IMG/VR virus record: IMGVR_UViG_3300044630_005137
Location: 32,001 to 96,000 of that record
Reading direction: 5' to 3' (one strand)
Source: a virus
DNA length: 64,000 nucleotides
A program made the translations under genes and the position numbers. Under the pieces are notes generated by a model, which saw only the letters and a list, made by a program, of their open reading frames with translations, did not search any database and was not told where the DNA came from. Below are positions 1 through 9,649 of the stretch, piece by piece. Position 1 is the stretch's first letter, and each line of letters starts with the position of its first letter.

Positions 1-231
1 CTTTCCTACAATAATAACTTCCATGCCCTTTTTAATTACAGACTTTGATTGCTCTGCAAGTGTGCGCCAAGCCTTTACTGTCCACCAAGAGGTGTTCTTA
101 TCTTCCCACTCACCAGTAGTATCATTCTTAACACGATCATTTGTTGCAACTCTAAAACGAAGACCATTAGATCCTACAGTTTCTGGTTCGCTGCCAACTC
201 TGCCTACGATTGTAATAATTGGATTAGCCAT
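1..231 (-). CDS. ssb: Single-stranded DNA-binding protein, OB-fold (5' part; runs off the window)
   Basis: Not in the ORF track. My translation from ATG at 231 is MANPIITIVGRVGSEPETVGSNGLRFRVATNDRVKNDTTGEWEDKNTSWWTVKAWRTLAEQSKSVIKKGMEVIIVGK, a classic SSB N-terminus (ITIVGR...FRVA...GEW.D..T.W..V.AW..LAE...KG..V.I.G). Confidence 0.9.
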   Translation of the reverse strand, partial: MANPIITIVGRVGSEPETVGSNGLRFRVATNDRVKNDTTGEWEDKNTSWWTVKAWRTLAEQSKSVIKKGMEVIIVGK

Positions 232-532
232 TTTTATTTTCCTCCCAAAATGTAATCAGTTCTTCTAAGACTGACCACTCTATGATTCCAAGACGGACCT
301 TGGAATCCCCTCCTATAATAATTTTAAGAGCAGGATGCATGTCCCTGCTTACCTTAAAAGTATCTGTACAGATTTTAGCCCATACATCTTTGTTTAAAGT
401 AAATGATGCTTTGGCCTCTTTGTAGTCTACTACAAAATTTTTCCATTTAGCATCACCTTTTTGATATTCACCGCGACCACTATTTTTTTGTGCCTTGGCG
501 CCATCTCGTTTTACTTCTGCTCTCTCCGACAT
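224..532 (-). CDS. Putative Holliday junction resolvase / PD-(D/E)xK nuclease
   Basis: SGRG...KGD...VDYKE resembles the small phage/archaeal Hjc-like nuclease motif. It lies beside recA and ssb. Confidence 0.55.
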   Translation of the reverse strand: MSERAEVKRDGAKAQKNSGRGEYQKGDAKWKNFVVDYKEAKASFTLNKDVWAKICTDTFKVSRDMHPALKIIIGGDSKVRLGIIEWSVLEELITFWEENKNG

Positions 533-723
533 TAATTAAGCTTATGCTTTGTTTCATGTCCATTAGAGCATGTCCAATACATTTCTAATGTAGCTTGATT
601 AAAATTATAAAATGGAGCAGACAACTCACATTTGCTACACGGTCTTTCTTGCTCTATTTTCTCAATCCTTTGATCTTGAACATCTTTAGGTTGAGAAGCA
701 AAAAATTCATTAAGATTTGGCAT
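532..723 (-). CDS. Small zinc-ribbon-like protein
   Basis: 63 aa with CSKC...CSNGH; overlaps both neighbouring genes. Confidence 0.6.
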   Translation of the reverse strand: MPNLNEFFASQPKDVQDQRIEKIEQERPCSKCELSAPFYNFNQATLEMYWTCSNGHETKHKLN

Positions 724-1714
724 TTATTTCTCCTATTAATTTGTCTACAACATCTGGATTTTCCTTTAAATATGCCACAGCCTTTGCACGTCCTTGAAAA
801 CGTTCTCCATTTACTGTATACCATGCTCCACCTTTTTCTATTATCCCGCACATTTCTGCAACGTCAAGGGTTTCTCCAACAAGATCTATGCCAAGTGACT
901 CTCCTTGATAGTAGAAGTCGTATTGGCCAGAGAGGTTAGGGGGACCGAGTTTGTTATAATCAACAATCCAGTTAACGGGCCTTCCAACTCTTTGTTCAAT
1001 AATCTTGTCGCCAACCTTAACACCTGCTTTAATAGCATTAGCCTCAGCCTCTGAAGACCAGAGCTTGATAACGGTAGAGGAGAAGAACTTAACAGCCATT
1101 CCTCCTGTTGGGATGTGGCTGGCATGCATAGATCCAAACTGATTTCTTTGCTGCGATATAAGAACGAGTAGCGTATTTTTGTTTGCATAATTTAACATTT
1201 TGACTGCGTGGGTCATGTCCTTAGCTTCTGCGCCAATTTGCTTTGTGTCTTGCAAATCCTTCATTTCATTTCCATCTTTTTCAAAGTATATGGCTGGAAG
1301 AAGTGCTGAGATTGAATCAACTACAATTAGATCTACACCAGCCTCCATAAGTTTTGTTGCAACATCCACCATGTCATTAACAGTTTTAGCTGGTGAGTAT
1401 ATCAATTCTTTTGAGTCAACTCCCAGTTTCTCTGCCCATTCTGGATCATAAGAATGCTCTGCATCAATCCAAGCACAAGTCTTTCCTTCTTTTTGTGCAA
1501 GTGCAATCATTTGTAGACAGAACGAAGATTTTCCTGCTGACTTGTTTCCCCAAACTAATATCTGTCGACCATAGGCAAAGCCGCCATTTAAAGCAAAGGT
1601 TAATCCTATGCTTGGTGTTGGCTGCTTGTCTACTTGAATATCAACTGCAGACTGTACCCTTGCTCTAGTCTTAGGGTCAAGCTTTGCTAAAATATCATTT
1701 AGGTTCATTTCCAT
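710..1714 (-). CDS. recA: RecA/UvsX-like recombinase
   Basis: Walker A GNKSAGKS, WIDAEH, IVVDSISAL, TGGMAVKF, KGGAWY and RFQGR motifs. Confidence 0.95.
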   Translation of the reverse strand: MEMNLNDILAKLDPKTRARVQSAVDIQVDKQPTPSIGLTFALNGGFAYGRQILVWGNKSAGKSSFCLQMIALAQKEGKTCAWIDAEHSYDPEWAEKLGVDSKELIYSPAKTVNDMVDVATKLMEAGVDLIVVDSISALLPAIYFEKDGNEMKDLQDTKQIGAEAKDMTHAVKMLNYANKNTLLVLISQQRNQFGSMHASHIPTGGMAVKFFSSTVIKLWSSEAEANAIKAGVKVGDKIIEQRVGRPVNWIVDYNKLGPPNLSGQYDFYYQGESLGIDLVGETLDVAEMCGIIEKGGAWYTVNGERFQGRAKAVAYLKENPDVVDKLIGEINAKS

Positions 1715-1718
1715 TTAT

Positions 1719-1943
1719 TTATTCGTTAGCCAATTCGTAGTCAGATTTAAATCCTAGTGGCTCTAGCTTAAATTCAAATGACAAGCCTTCATCATTATAT
1801 GTAACTGAAAGTTGCATATCATCATTGGTTGTCTTCATAAAGTCTTCCGTTGATATTTCAACAGAACCTATTTTACTTAATATAGCCACTAAAACCCTAG
1901 AGGCGTTCATTGTTTTAAATACATCTTCTGCATTATATGTCAT
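1719..1943 (-). CDS. Hypothetical protein
   Basis: 74 aa ORF with an ATGA overlap to the dnaE stop. Confidence 0.6.
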   Translation of the reverse strand: MTYNAEDVFKTMNASRVLVAILSKIGSVEISTEDFMKTTNDDMQLSVTYNDEGLSFEFKLEPLGFKSDYELANE

Positions 1944-4900
1944 TTTACTTCCTTAACCATAAGTGTTCCATCTTCTAAAGTTTTTAGAACTGGCTCGCAT
2001 ATCATTCCTTCTCGCATTTTTGCCAAAGAAATTGGATACATGCTTGAAAATACAATTGCTCTATTTAGATTCTTATCTTTATCTGACATTACAAGGTGAG
2101 CCATGGTTTTGCCAGCTTTTGTTTTATATGGAGTATAGCTTATCACAAACCTTTGATTTTCGTCAATGGGGTAAGACTTTGCATATAAATACTTTACAAA
2201 TGGATCATCTGAATCTTTGGTAATAGAATCTACATCTATATATCTAGATATTCGATTGTCTCCAACTAAAACAAAATACATTTTGTTTGTTTCTATTTTT
2301 GTCTGCTCGATATCAAACAGTCCAACAGATCCACTTTCATCGACTAACTCTATTCGTGACCAGCCATTCCCACGCTTTATACTTTTAGCCATCCCAAACA
2401 TAACAAAAGATCCTAGCTCTTCAAACTCATCAATAGGTCTAGCTTGTGCCTTTACTCTTGGCTCTAAGTTGGAGAGGTTAAAGGAAGGTATTCCTAAAAA
2501 CTCGTAATAAGACTCTGCTTCTTTACCGCTTCTAGGGTTATCATCAAAAGCAGCGCCCCCAATAGCATTAAGAGAATTAACGGCCCTAGAGTTAATGCCG
2601 CTACCCTTTTTGGATGCTTTGTCAACAAAATCTTTATAGTTTTCATAAGGTCTCTTTTCAATAATTTTATTTGCAATGCTGTCTGAAATAAATTTAACTT
2701 CAGCTAAACCAAATCTAATTGAATCTTTTTGTAGTGAAAAATTTACATCTGATTCATTTACATGTGGCAGCTTAACTTTAATCCCAAGCCTCTTAGCCTC
2801 AATCAAATAGCCTGTTCTGGCGTCTTTGTCCCCTTCATTTTTAAGGATCGAGAATAAAAATTCCAAAGGATAATAGCACTTAAGCCAAGCGGTATAATAA
2901 GAAAGCATAGAATAAGCGACAGCGTGACTACGATTGAATGAGTATCCAGCGTGAGCTTCGAATGTTTTCCAGAGATTGTCTGCTTCTTCTGCGCTGATAT
3001 GCTTTTTAGCGCCCTGAATAAATTTATCTTTGAATGGACTGAGTTCTTTTGCATCTTGCTTTTTACCAATAACCTTTCTAACCTTGTCAGCCTCTGACCA
3101 AGTCATTCCTCCTAGGTGTACGCATGCTTGCATAACCTGCTCTTGATATATAATCACCCCGTATGTATTTTCTGTAAAAGGTTTCATAATTGGATGGATA
3201 TAATTAACTGCTTCATTACCGTGCTTACGCTTGATGTAAGAGGCTCCAACTGTATTCATAGCTCCTGGTCTAACCAAAGCATTTGATGCAGCTAAGTCTT
3301 CAAATTTATCGACACGCATTTTTATAAGTAAGTTTGTATATGGTGTTGCTTCTGCCTGGAATATTCCCTTTGTGTATCCATCGTTAAAAATCTTATAAAC
3401 ATTCTCATCATCTAAAGCAATGTCATAAAGATTAATGTCTTTGTCATATCTACTCTTAATTGATTTTAAAGTATCAGAGATCACAGATAAAGTCTTAAGA
3501 CCTAGGGCATCTAGCTTAATAAGACCTATATCTGCAACCGTATCCATATCGTATGCCACGACTGGAATTCTTCCAGAGACTTCATCATTTGCATCAGCTC
3601 TGGACTCTATTGGTGCGTACTTTCTTAAATCATCTTTTGCAACTACAACACCTGCAGCATGGACTCCAACACTTCGAATCTTTCCACGAAGTCTTTCTGC
3701 AAGCCAAGTTACTTCTGGATACTTTGCTCTAAACTCTTTTGTATTTGGCGAATCCATAAAGTCTTCAAATGTATCAATCGATTTCATTGCACGATTAACA
3801 TCTGAAAGTGGAACCATGAATACACGAGCAGCATCTCTAATTACACCCTTATCTTTAAAATAAGTATATGTAGAAATAGAAGCAACGTGCTTAAACTTTT
3901 TCTTTAGATAATCCTTTACCTCTTTGCGACGTCGGTCTTCAAAGTCTGTATCTATATCTGGGAAGTCATTGCGCTCTGGGTTAATAAATCGGAAGAATAG
4001 AAGATCATATTTAATTGGATCCACATCTGTAATTCCAAGGGCATAGCAAACTAATGATCCAGCTGCAGAGCCACGTCCTGGGCCAACCATAATATTATTT
4101 GACTTAGCCCATGTAATCATATCTGCTACAACTAGGAAATATGAAGCAAATGCCTTATCTTTAATTATAGATAATTCTTCTGCAATTCTATCCAGGTAGA
4201 CCTGATCTTTGTCTAGGGATAGTCTTTTAAGGCCTTCTAAGGCCATATCAGACAGTTTCTTGTCAGCATTGGTCTTTGGGATAGGTAGCAGATCTAGCCC
4301 CTCATGGAAGTCATACTCGCCAATTTTATCAGCAATCTCCATTGTATTATCATATATATCTGTACGAGTAATGCCTGACTTATTAAAGTCCGCCTCAATT
4401 TCAGACCTACTCTGAATAAATAGATTATAGTCTTGAAATGATATTCTACGGTCTGGATATAAGTAATTAAATCTATCAATCATGTCTGGCATTTGTCTGG
4501 ACATTTCAAAGTCTGCATCTTTATCTGACTTAGGAGATGTTGATAGAATAAGCATTGCTTCTTCTAATACTCTATCTTCTTCTTTAGCAAAGTGAGCATC
4601 TCCTGTTGCCACCGCTTTTATCTTGAGTTGATCAGCCAGCTCCAAAAGCTTTGAGTTGATTTCTGTCGGGTTATGAGATTGGACCTCAACGTAAAAGTCT
4701 TCACCAAAAGTTTTCTTAAAGTCTTGAAGTACAAGTTTTGCTTCTGAGAATTCCTGGCGTTCAATAGCCTTACTAATAAGCCCGTTAAGGCATCCAGACA
4801 ATACAATAATACCTTCTGCATACTCTTTCAATACCTCTCTATCAATACGTGGCTTATGATAAAAGCCTTCTGTCCATGCAAGCTCCTGAAGGGTGTTGAT

Positions 4901-5209
4901 ATTCTCTAGACCCTTTTTATTCTTAGCTAAAAGAATAATATGGTTATAGGCCTGAATTGATTTATCTGTCTTTGAAGACCTATCAAATCTATCTGTTGGA
5001 GAAATGTATGCTTCCACTCCAAGAATTGGCTTGATTCCTTGCTCTTTACATGCAATTTGCATTTCACGGTGTGAAGATAATGTTCCGTGGTCAGTAATAG
5101 CCAGAGAAGTCTGACCAGCTTCTTTCGCAGCCTTTACAAGTTCGGCAGGAGAATTAAGCCCATCCATTAATGAATAGAAAGAATGCACATGCAAATGTGT
5201 AAAGTTCAA
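1940..5209 (-). CDS. dnaE: DNA polymerase III alpha subunit (family C)
   Basis: PHP domain (HLHVHS, TDHG, GVE, TGDAH), GPGRGSAAGS, PDIDTDF, KLDALGL, YQEQVM, YSFNRSH. Confidence 0.97.
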   Translation of the reverse strand: MNFTHLHVHSFYSLMDGLNSPAELVKAAKEAGQTSLAITDHGTLSSHREMQIACKEQGIKPILGVEAYISPTDRFDRSSKTDKSIQAYNHIILLAKNKKGLENINTLQELAWTEGFYHKPRIDREVLKEYAEGIIVLSGCLNGLISKAIERQEFSEAKLVLQDFKKTFGEDFYVEVQSHNPTEINSKLLELADQLKIKAVATGDAHFAKEEDRVLEEAMLILSTSPKSDKDADFEMSRQMPDMIDRFNYLYPDRRISFQDYNLFIQSRSEIEADFNKSGITRTDIYDNTMEIADKIGEYDFHEGLDLLPIPKTNADKKLSDMALEGLKRLSLDKDQVYLDRIAEELSIIKDKAFASYFLVVADMITWAKSNNIMVGPGRGSAAGSLVCYALGITDVDPIKYDLLFFRFINPERNDFPDIDTDFEDRRRKEVKDYLKKKFKHVASISTYTYFKDKGVIRDAARVFMVPLSDVNRAMKSIDTFEDFMDSPNTKEFRAKYPEVTWLAERLRGKIRSVGVHAAGVVVAKDDLRKYAPIESRADANDEVSGRIPVVAYDMDTVADIGLIKLDALGLKTLSVISDTLKSIKSRYDKDINLYDIALDDENVYKIFNDGYTKGIFQAEATPYTNLLIKMRVDKFEDLAASNALVRPGAMNTVGASYIKRKHGNEAVNYIHPIMKPFTENTYGVIIYQEQVMQACVHLGGMTWSEADKVRKVIGKKQDAKELSPFKDKFIQGAKKHISAEEADNLWKTFEAHAGYSFNRSHAVAYSMLSYYTAWLKCYYPLEFLFSILKNEGDKDARTGYLIEAKRLGIKVKLPHVNESDVNFSLQKDSIRFGLAEVKFISDSIANKIIEKRPYENYKDFVDKASKKGSGINSRAVNSLNAIGGAAFDDNPRSGKEAESYYEFLGIPSFNLSNLEPRVKAQARPIDEFEELGSFVMFGMAKSIKRGNGWSRIELVDESGSVGLFDIEQTKIETNKMYFVLVGDNRISRYIDVDSITKDSDDPFVKYLYAKSYPIDENQRFVISYTPYKTKAGKTMAHLVMSDKDKNLNRAIVFSSMYPISLAKMREGMICEPVLKTLEDGTLMVKEVK

Positions 5210-5234
5210 CTTAATTCTCCGCCTATACTCTCTC

Positions 5235-5909
5235 TTACCAGTCTACGCTGCTACTTGTTGAGGATGACTCTCGTTCTTCTGGAGATGACTCACCAGTATA
5301 GAATGCTTCCTGCTCTGCGTATGGAACGCTACGCACTGCTGTTTTTTCTAAATCAAACAGCTCAACAGCAGAAAAGTCGAATGGCTTTTCATCTTTAGCC
5401 AACGGTATAATTGTGTAGCTTGTGTCTGTCTTAAGACCACTACGCTTTACACGCCACATTAGATTTGTGATGCTTCCCATTTCATTTGCATATTCAATCA
5501 GTGTTGGTGTAATTGTTTTACCGCTTACTCCTTGAGAAAGAATTGCTACATATGGCTCAGTCTTTCCGTCATCAACTAGGACATTAATATATAGGCGCTT
5601 TCTTGCACCCCAGCCAGCCTTTGGATCTTTACGGTGCTGTTCTTGAGCCCAGTCACGGCCTTCATCTTCCATTGTGTCTAGTGCCTTACGGCGATAATCT
5701 TTAGGGTTTGTGTGCTCAATTGCAAAAAATCCGCAACCCATTTTTTCATTATAGTGTGGTGAATCTGGATCTAATTCTTGCAGAAAGCGAATCTTGACTG
5801 CTTCTCCGTCTTCAATCTTTAACCACTTTGCCTTGCTATCTTCTGAACTAGTATACGTAACCTTGTCCATTGCCTTTGTCATTCCTGACAAACCTTTTAC
5901 TATTCCCAT
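5235..5909 (-). CDS. Phage ssDNA-binding protein (gp32-like), putative
   Basis: W.K..DGE.VKIRFL N-terminus, RSG.KTDTSY.IIP, acidic Ser-rich tail ending in W; strong RBS (AAGGAG); lies between primase and polymerase. Confidence 0.6.
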   Translation of the reverse strand: MGIVKGLSGMTKAMDKVTYTSSEDSKAKWLKIEDGEAVKIRFLQELDPDSPHYNEKMGCGFFAIEHTNPKDYRRKALDTMEDEGRDWAQEQHRKDPKAGWGARKRLYINVLVDDGKTEPYVAILSQGVSGKTITPTLIEYANEMGSITNLMWRVKRSGLKTDTSYTIIPLAKDEKPFDFSAVELFDLEKTAVRSVPYAEQEAFYTGESSPEERESSSTSSSVDW

Positions 5910-5967
5910 TTTATTCTCCTTATGTATGTAACGGTATATATCCGTTTGTAATCACTTATATTATTGT

Positions 5968-6957
5968 TTAATTTTTATATTCGAAATTAGATATGGCATT
6001 TGTTATACAGGCTTTAATGTCTTCATCAGACATGTCACCTGCATCTTTTACACCCTCTGGATATATTCTACCATAAGAATGCGATGCCCACAAGATGTTT
6101 TTATTACTTAGTTTATATGCAATTGTTGAGCCTAAATCTCTTCCCGCCTTATCTGCATCAGTCATAATAATAACTGTATTGAAGTATCTATTTAACAGGT
6201 TAAGGTTTTGTCCAGATATGTGACCCCCCAGGGTGGCAACAACATTCGGGAAGCCAGCCTGATGAACACGAATCGCATCAAAGCTAGACTCTACAACTAT
6301 AACCCTATCTCCAATTTTTTTAGCACGATGGATATTAAACATAGTTTTGCTTCTTGGCAAGTCTTTGCTATTCTTAAATCTTTTATCAGAAATAGATCTC
6401 CCAACAACTCCGACTGGTATTCCATCTGGACTATGAACTGGGACAGTTATCATGTCCATGTTTTCAGAATACCCTAATGAGAAATGGTCAATTGATTGCA
6501 AATTAATACCACGTGATTTTAAGTACTCCTTTGCTTTATCATTTACAATTAATCCATTATATAAACTCTTTAATTTTTCTTCTGAAAATTCAACAAAGTC
6601 TGGCTTGTCTTCTAGAATATCCTTAAGCGATTCATCAAAGTTTTCTAGGGCCTGAGACTGTTTTGATTCAATATACCTCAAGGATTGAAACTCATTTTTA
6701 TTTAAAATCTTTTTTACTAGATCGCTCATTGTTCCAGATTCACCGCATGAAGGATTAAAACAAATATAAGCACCCTTTGTTTTACTTATGCTAAAGCTTG
6801 ATGTATGTCTGTTTGAATGGAATGGGCAATACGCAAGGAAGTCGTTGGATGTTTCTCCAACCATATCTATACCTAGACTTTGGACTATTGATTTTATGTG
6901 GGCAGAGGAGTATTCCGATGTATCAACTTTCCTTGTGTCATACCCTCTAATTGCCAT
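5968..6957 (-). CDS. dnaG: DNA primase (CHC2 zinc finger + TOPRIM)
   Basis: CPFH...CFNPSC zinc finger, VVESSFD, DADKAG and KDAGD. Start moved to ATG 6957 (MAIRGY), which follows AGGAAAGAAGAAGGC. Confidence 0.92.
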   Translation of the reverse strand: MAIRGYDTRKVDTSEYSSAHIKSIVQSLGIDMVGETSNDFLAYCPFHSNRHTSSFSISKTKGAYICFNPSCGESGTMSDLVKKILNKNEFQSLRYIESKQSQALENFDESLKDILEDKPDFVEFSEEKLKSLYNGLIVNDKAKEYLKSRGINLQSIDHFSLGYSENMDMITVPVHSPDGIPVGVVGRSISDKRFKNSKDLPRSKTMFNIHRAKKIGDRVIVVESSFDAIRVHQAGFPNVVATLGGHISGQNLNLLNRYFNTVIIMTDADKAGRDLGSTIAYKLSNKNILWASHSYGRIYPEGVKDAGDMSDEDIKACITNAISNFEYKN

Positions 6958-7184
6958 GCCTTCTTCTTTCCTACATAAACTCCATGGAGGGTCATTAAGA
7001 ACTTCCATGTTTGTCCGTCAAATTCTACCGAAAAAGCTGGGTCTATGTCAAGTGCCCTAGCGTATCCAGAATCTTTCATTTGTCCTACAAGCAAATCTTC
7101 GTATTGTTTTTTTATCCTGATCATATCAGAATCATCTAAAAACTCAACTCTTATTTGAAACCTTTTAATATTTTGATGAGTCAC
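6894..7184 (-). CDS. Hypothetical protein
   Basis: 96 aa ORF coupled to the helicase stop; overlaps the primase start by about 64 nt. Confidence 0.6.
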   Translation of the reverse strand: MTHQNIKRFQIRVEFLDDSDMIRIKKQYEDLLVGQMKDSGYARALDIDPAFSVEFDGQTWKFLMTLHGVYVGKKKAWQLEGMTQGKLIHRNTPLPT

Positions 7185-8416
7185 TTGCTCAACTCTGGCA
7201 AGTCTTCATAGATCGGAGTGATAACTCCTCTATTTATATCCCAGTCAAGGAAGAATCTAAAGTCATGTCCATGCCTATTCTTTCTAGACACAACCTCAAT
7301 TAAATCTGTATTGGCATGCTTATGAATAGCAATAGCCATATCAGCATCATACTCAATAGCCTTTGACCATGCAACTTGGCTCATCATTGGAGGTTCTTTT
7401 TGATCTGAAATATCATCTGCCGTAGCAGCGGTAATATCAATAATAGGAATTCCATTTGTTACAGCCAACAACTTAAAATCTCTTGAAATATTTCTATTTC
7501 TTTCAACTTCAGAATTGCTTCTCTTATTATCATTAAACAATTGATGGTAATCAAGAATAACTAAGTCTGGCTTATGCTGATCAATCTTTCCCTGAATAGT
7601 TGCTGGAGTTACTTCTCCTGCACCTTCATTTGAAACAAGAATGAAACTGTTTTTGCCTTCAGTTTTTTTCTTTCCCCATGTTTTAAAATCGTCAATGTTA
7701 ATGTCGCCCTTAGACAGGTCACTTGCTCTAAATAAACCAGAGCCAAGCATAGTATAAATTCTATCTCGCATATTCTCTGGTGCCATTTCAAGAGACACAA
7801 TCATAGGCTTAAAGCCTTGCTCCCAAGCTTTGCATGCAAGATACGATGTAAACCAAGTCTTACCACGTCCTGGCCAGCCAATTGCCACAATGAGGTGTCC
7901 TGGAGCCATTCCAGTTGGGTATGCCTTATCAATTGCATCAAACCCTGTTAGGATTCCTGGACTTCCACCCATCGCTAAAGATCTAGTTCTTACTGACTCA
8001 TAGTGTCTTTCTGCTGAATCTAAATCTGTTATATCTAGGTCTTTAACATTGTTTGTGTACCTACTCAAATTTGCAAGTTGCGATTGCATTGTTCCAAGCA
8101 CTCTAGATGGAGCATCTTCTTTTAAAGATGAACCAGCCTGCATAAGAATTGTCTTTAACTTATTGCCTACAAATTCATTCTTTAGTTTATCTAGATAATA
8201 TCCCGTCTCACCTTTTGTTTCAACTGGCTCAAAGTCTTTAAATTTATCTTGTAGGATTCCAGCCTCTGGTACTGCTCTAAACTTATAGTAGTATGACTTA
8301 AGGCCTTCCCAGATATCCTTATGGGATACAAACAGGTCGTCCGAATTGTCTGCAAGAATGGTGCTGATATCTTTGTTTTTACAAACTGCCGAAATGAGTT
8401 CTGCTTCTGTATTCAT
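7181..8416 (-). CDS. dnaB: Replicative helicase, DnaB family
   Basis: Walker A GWPGRGKT, SLEM, ILDY, IEYDAD and KNRHG motifs. Confidence 0.93.
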   Translation of the reverse strand: MNTEAELISAVCKNKDISTILADNSDDLFVSHKDIWEGLKSYYYKFRAVPEAGILQDKFKDFEPVETKGETGYYLDKLKNEFVGNKLKTILMQAGSSLKEDAPSRVLGTMQSQLANLSRYTNNVKDLDITDLDSAERHYESVRTRSLAMGGSPGILTGFDAIDKAYPTGMAPGHLIVAIGWPGRGKTWFTSYLACKAWEQGFKPMIVSLEMAPENMRDRIYTMLGSGLFRASDLSKGDINIDDFKTWGKKKTEGKNSFILVSNEGAGEVTPATIQGKIDQHKPDLVILDYHQLFNDNKRSNSEVERNRNISRDFKLLAVTNGIPIIDITAATADDISDQKEPPMMSQVAWSKAIEYDADMAIAIHKHANTDLIEVVSRKNRHGHDFRFFLDWDINRGVITPIYEDLPELSK

Positions 8417-8730
8417 TAGTTATCCTCAACCATTCTTTTAGTCTCCTGCAACAGACGGCTTCTGTTAATTTTATCTTCTTTAATCTGAATCATCATGTCC
8501 TCTATTCGATCAAAGTTGTTGTAAAAGAAATTAAGCGGGTGCCTATTCTTTCCAGTTTTAAAGTAATACTCTAACACATCTTTAGATCGATCAAACCCTA
8601 TGCTGTCTATTACATCTTGCATTGCCCACTTTTCCTTATACCTATTGATAGTTGGCTTTGTTTTATAAGCCTCCTCATATAGATTAGAATACAAAGAAAG
8701 TAGGATGTAGGGTTCTTTATTTACTGCCAC
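8416..8730 (-). CDS. Hypothetical protein (possible helicase-associated factor)
   Basis: 104 aa ORF, TAATG-coupled to dnaB. Confidence 0.6.
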   Translation of the reverse strand: MAVNKEPYILLSLYSNLYEEAYKTKPTINRYKEKWAMQDVIDSIGFDRSKDVLEYYFKTGKNRHPLNFFYNNFDRIEDMMIQIKEDKINRSRLLQETKRMVEDN

Positions 8731-8926
8731 GCAATTCCTCTTCTACTTCTTGTGTCTTTTGAATTAGCTTATCTTCAACAAACTTATATACTCTATCTGC
8801 TGCGGCATCAACTGTTTCGCCTTCTCTAACAAAATCGTCTACGCCAATACCAATCTTGATGCTTTCAAAATTACCCAGATTGCGTGTAAAAGATAAGTCT
8901 ACTCTAACTTGAGTTCCTTTTTCCAT
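8717..8926 (-). CDS. Hypothetical phage protein
   Basis: 69 aa; TRNLGNFESIKI motif of a common small phage family; overlapped on both sides. Confidence 0.65.
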   Translation of the reverse strand: MEKGTQVRVDLSFTRNLGNFESIKIGIGVDDFVREGETVDAAADRVYKFVEDKLIQKTQEVEEELRGSK

Positions 8927-9033
8927 TAGTGCTCAGCCTTTCTATGCCTGCTTAAACTGTCATGAGCAAAAATGCCCCAACGTAATTCTATTTCTTTTTT
9001 ACATATATCACATACCACTACTCTGCTTGACAT
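8926..9033 (-). CDS. 35-aa C2H2 zinc-finger microprotein
   Basis: Below the ORF-track cutoff. Translation MSSRVVVCDICKKEIELRWGIFAHDSLSRHRKAEH*; fills the gap exactly, with TAATG overlaps at both ends. Confidence 0.8.
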   Translation of the reverse strand: MSSRVVVCDICKKEIELRWGIFAHDSLSRHRKAEH

Positions 9034-9515
9034 TATTCTGCTTTCCATACTGGTACAAATTTTCCTTCAGTGGTCTTAGTATACAATATAGTGTTGTGTT
9101 TGAGAAGAGCTTTCATCTCATTTTTTGAAGGCATATTATTAGAGTATCCTGATTCTAATATAAACTCATGAATGTCCATAATGTCCGATTCGCTATACAT
9201 AAACTTATACCATGTGCTATCTGGATTACCTATTGGATATACTTTTTGAGGATATCTTATCTTCCCGTCCAAAATATAATCTTCTATTGTAACCTTATGC
9301 TTGCCAAGCATCTGGGCTACCTGACTAGTTGAATATGCATTCTCCATAGTTTTTAAAACTTGTGAATAAGAATATAGCAATCTTTTTTTATCTGGGTAGC
9401 ACCAGGCAACCATTTGATCTTTAGATCTTGAATGACTTAATACTTTATGTATCTTGTTATTTAAGAAGAAATACCGAATGCTTTTAGCTGACTGTTTTCT
9501 CTTTTTTCTATCCAT
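9033..9515 (-). CDS. Helix-turn-helix DNA-binding protein (MerR/excisionase-like)
   Basis: YSTSQVAQMLGKHKVTIEDYILDGKI is a MerR-type HTH signature. Confidence 0.7.
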   Translation of the reverse strand: MDRKKRKQSAKSIRYFFLNNKIHKVLSHSRSKDQMVAWCYPDKKRLLYSYSQVLKTMENAYSTSQVAQMLGKHKVTIEDYILDGKIRYPQKVYPIGNPDSTWYKFMYSESDIMDIHEFILESGYSNNMPSKNEMKALLKHNTILYTKTTEGKFVPVWKAE

Positions 9516-9649
9516 TTACCTAGTGCACTCGTATCCTTATTAATCATCCATCTTTTACCGCACATCATGCAGAAAAGCTCTACGTGTAGTTTTTGCGAAA
9601 ACACTCTATCAACAAAAACTCTTCCTTGACACTTATTGCATTTCATCAT
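9461..9649 (-). CDS. Zinc-ribbon protein
   Basis: CNKCQG...CMMCG. Confidence 0.7.
   Translation of the reverse strand: MMKCNKCQGRVFVDRVFSQKLHVELFCMMCGKRWMINKDTSALGKWIEKRENSQLKAFGISS

Noticed and set aside
1940-5209. Intein or intron in dnaE (also checked recA and dnaB)
   Set aside because: Lengths are normal, motifs are contiguous, and I saw no C...HN splice motifs or homing endonuclease.
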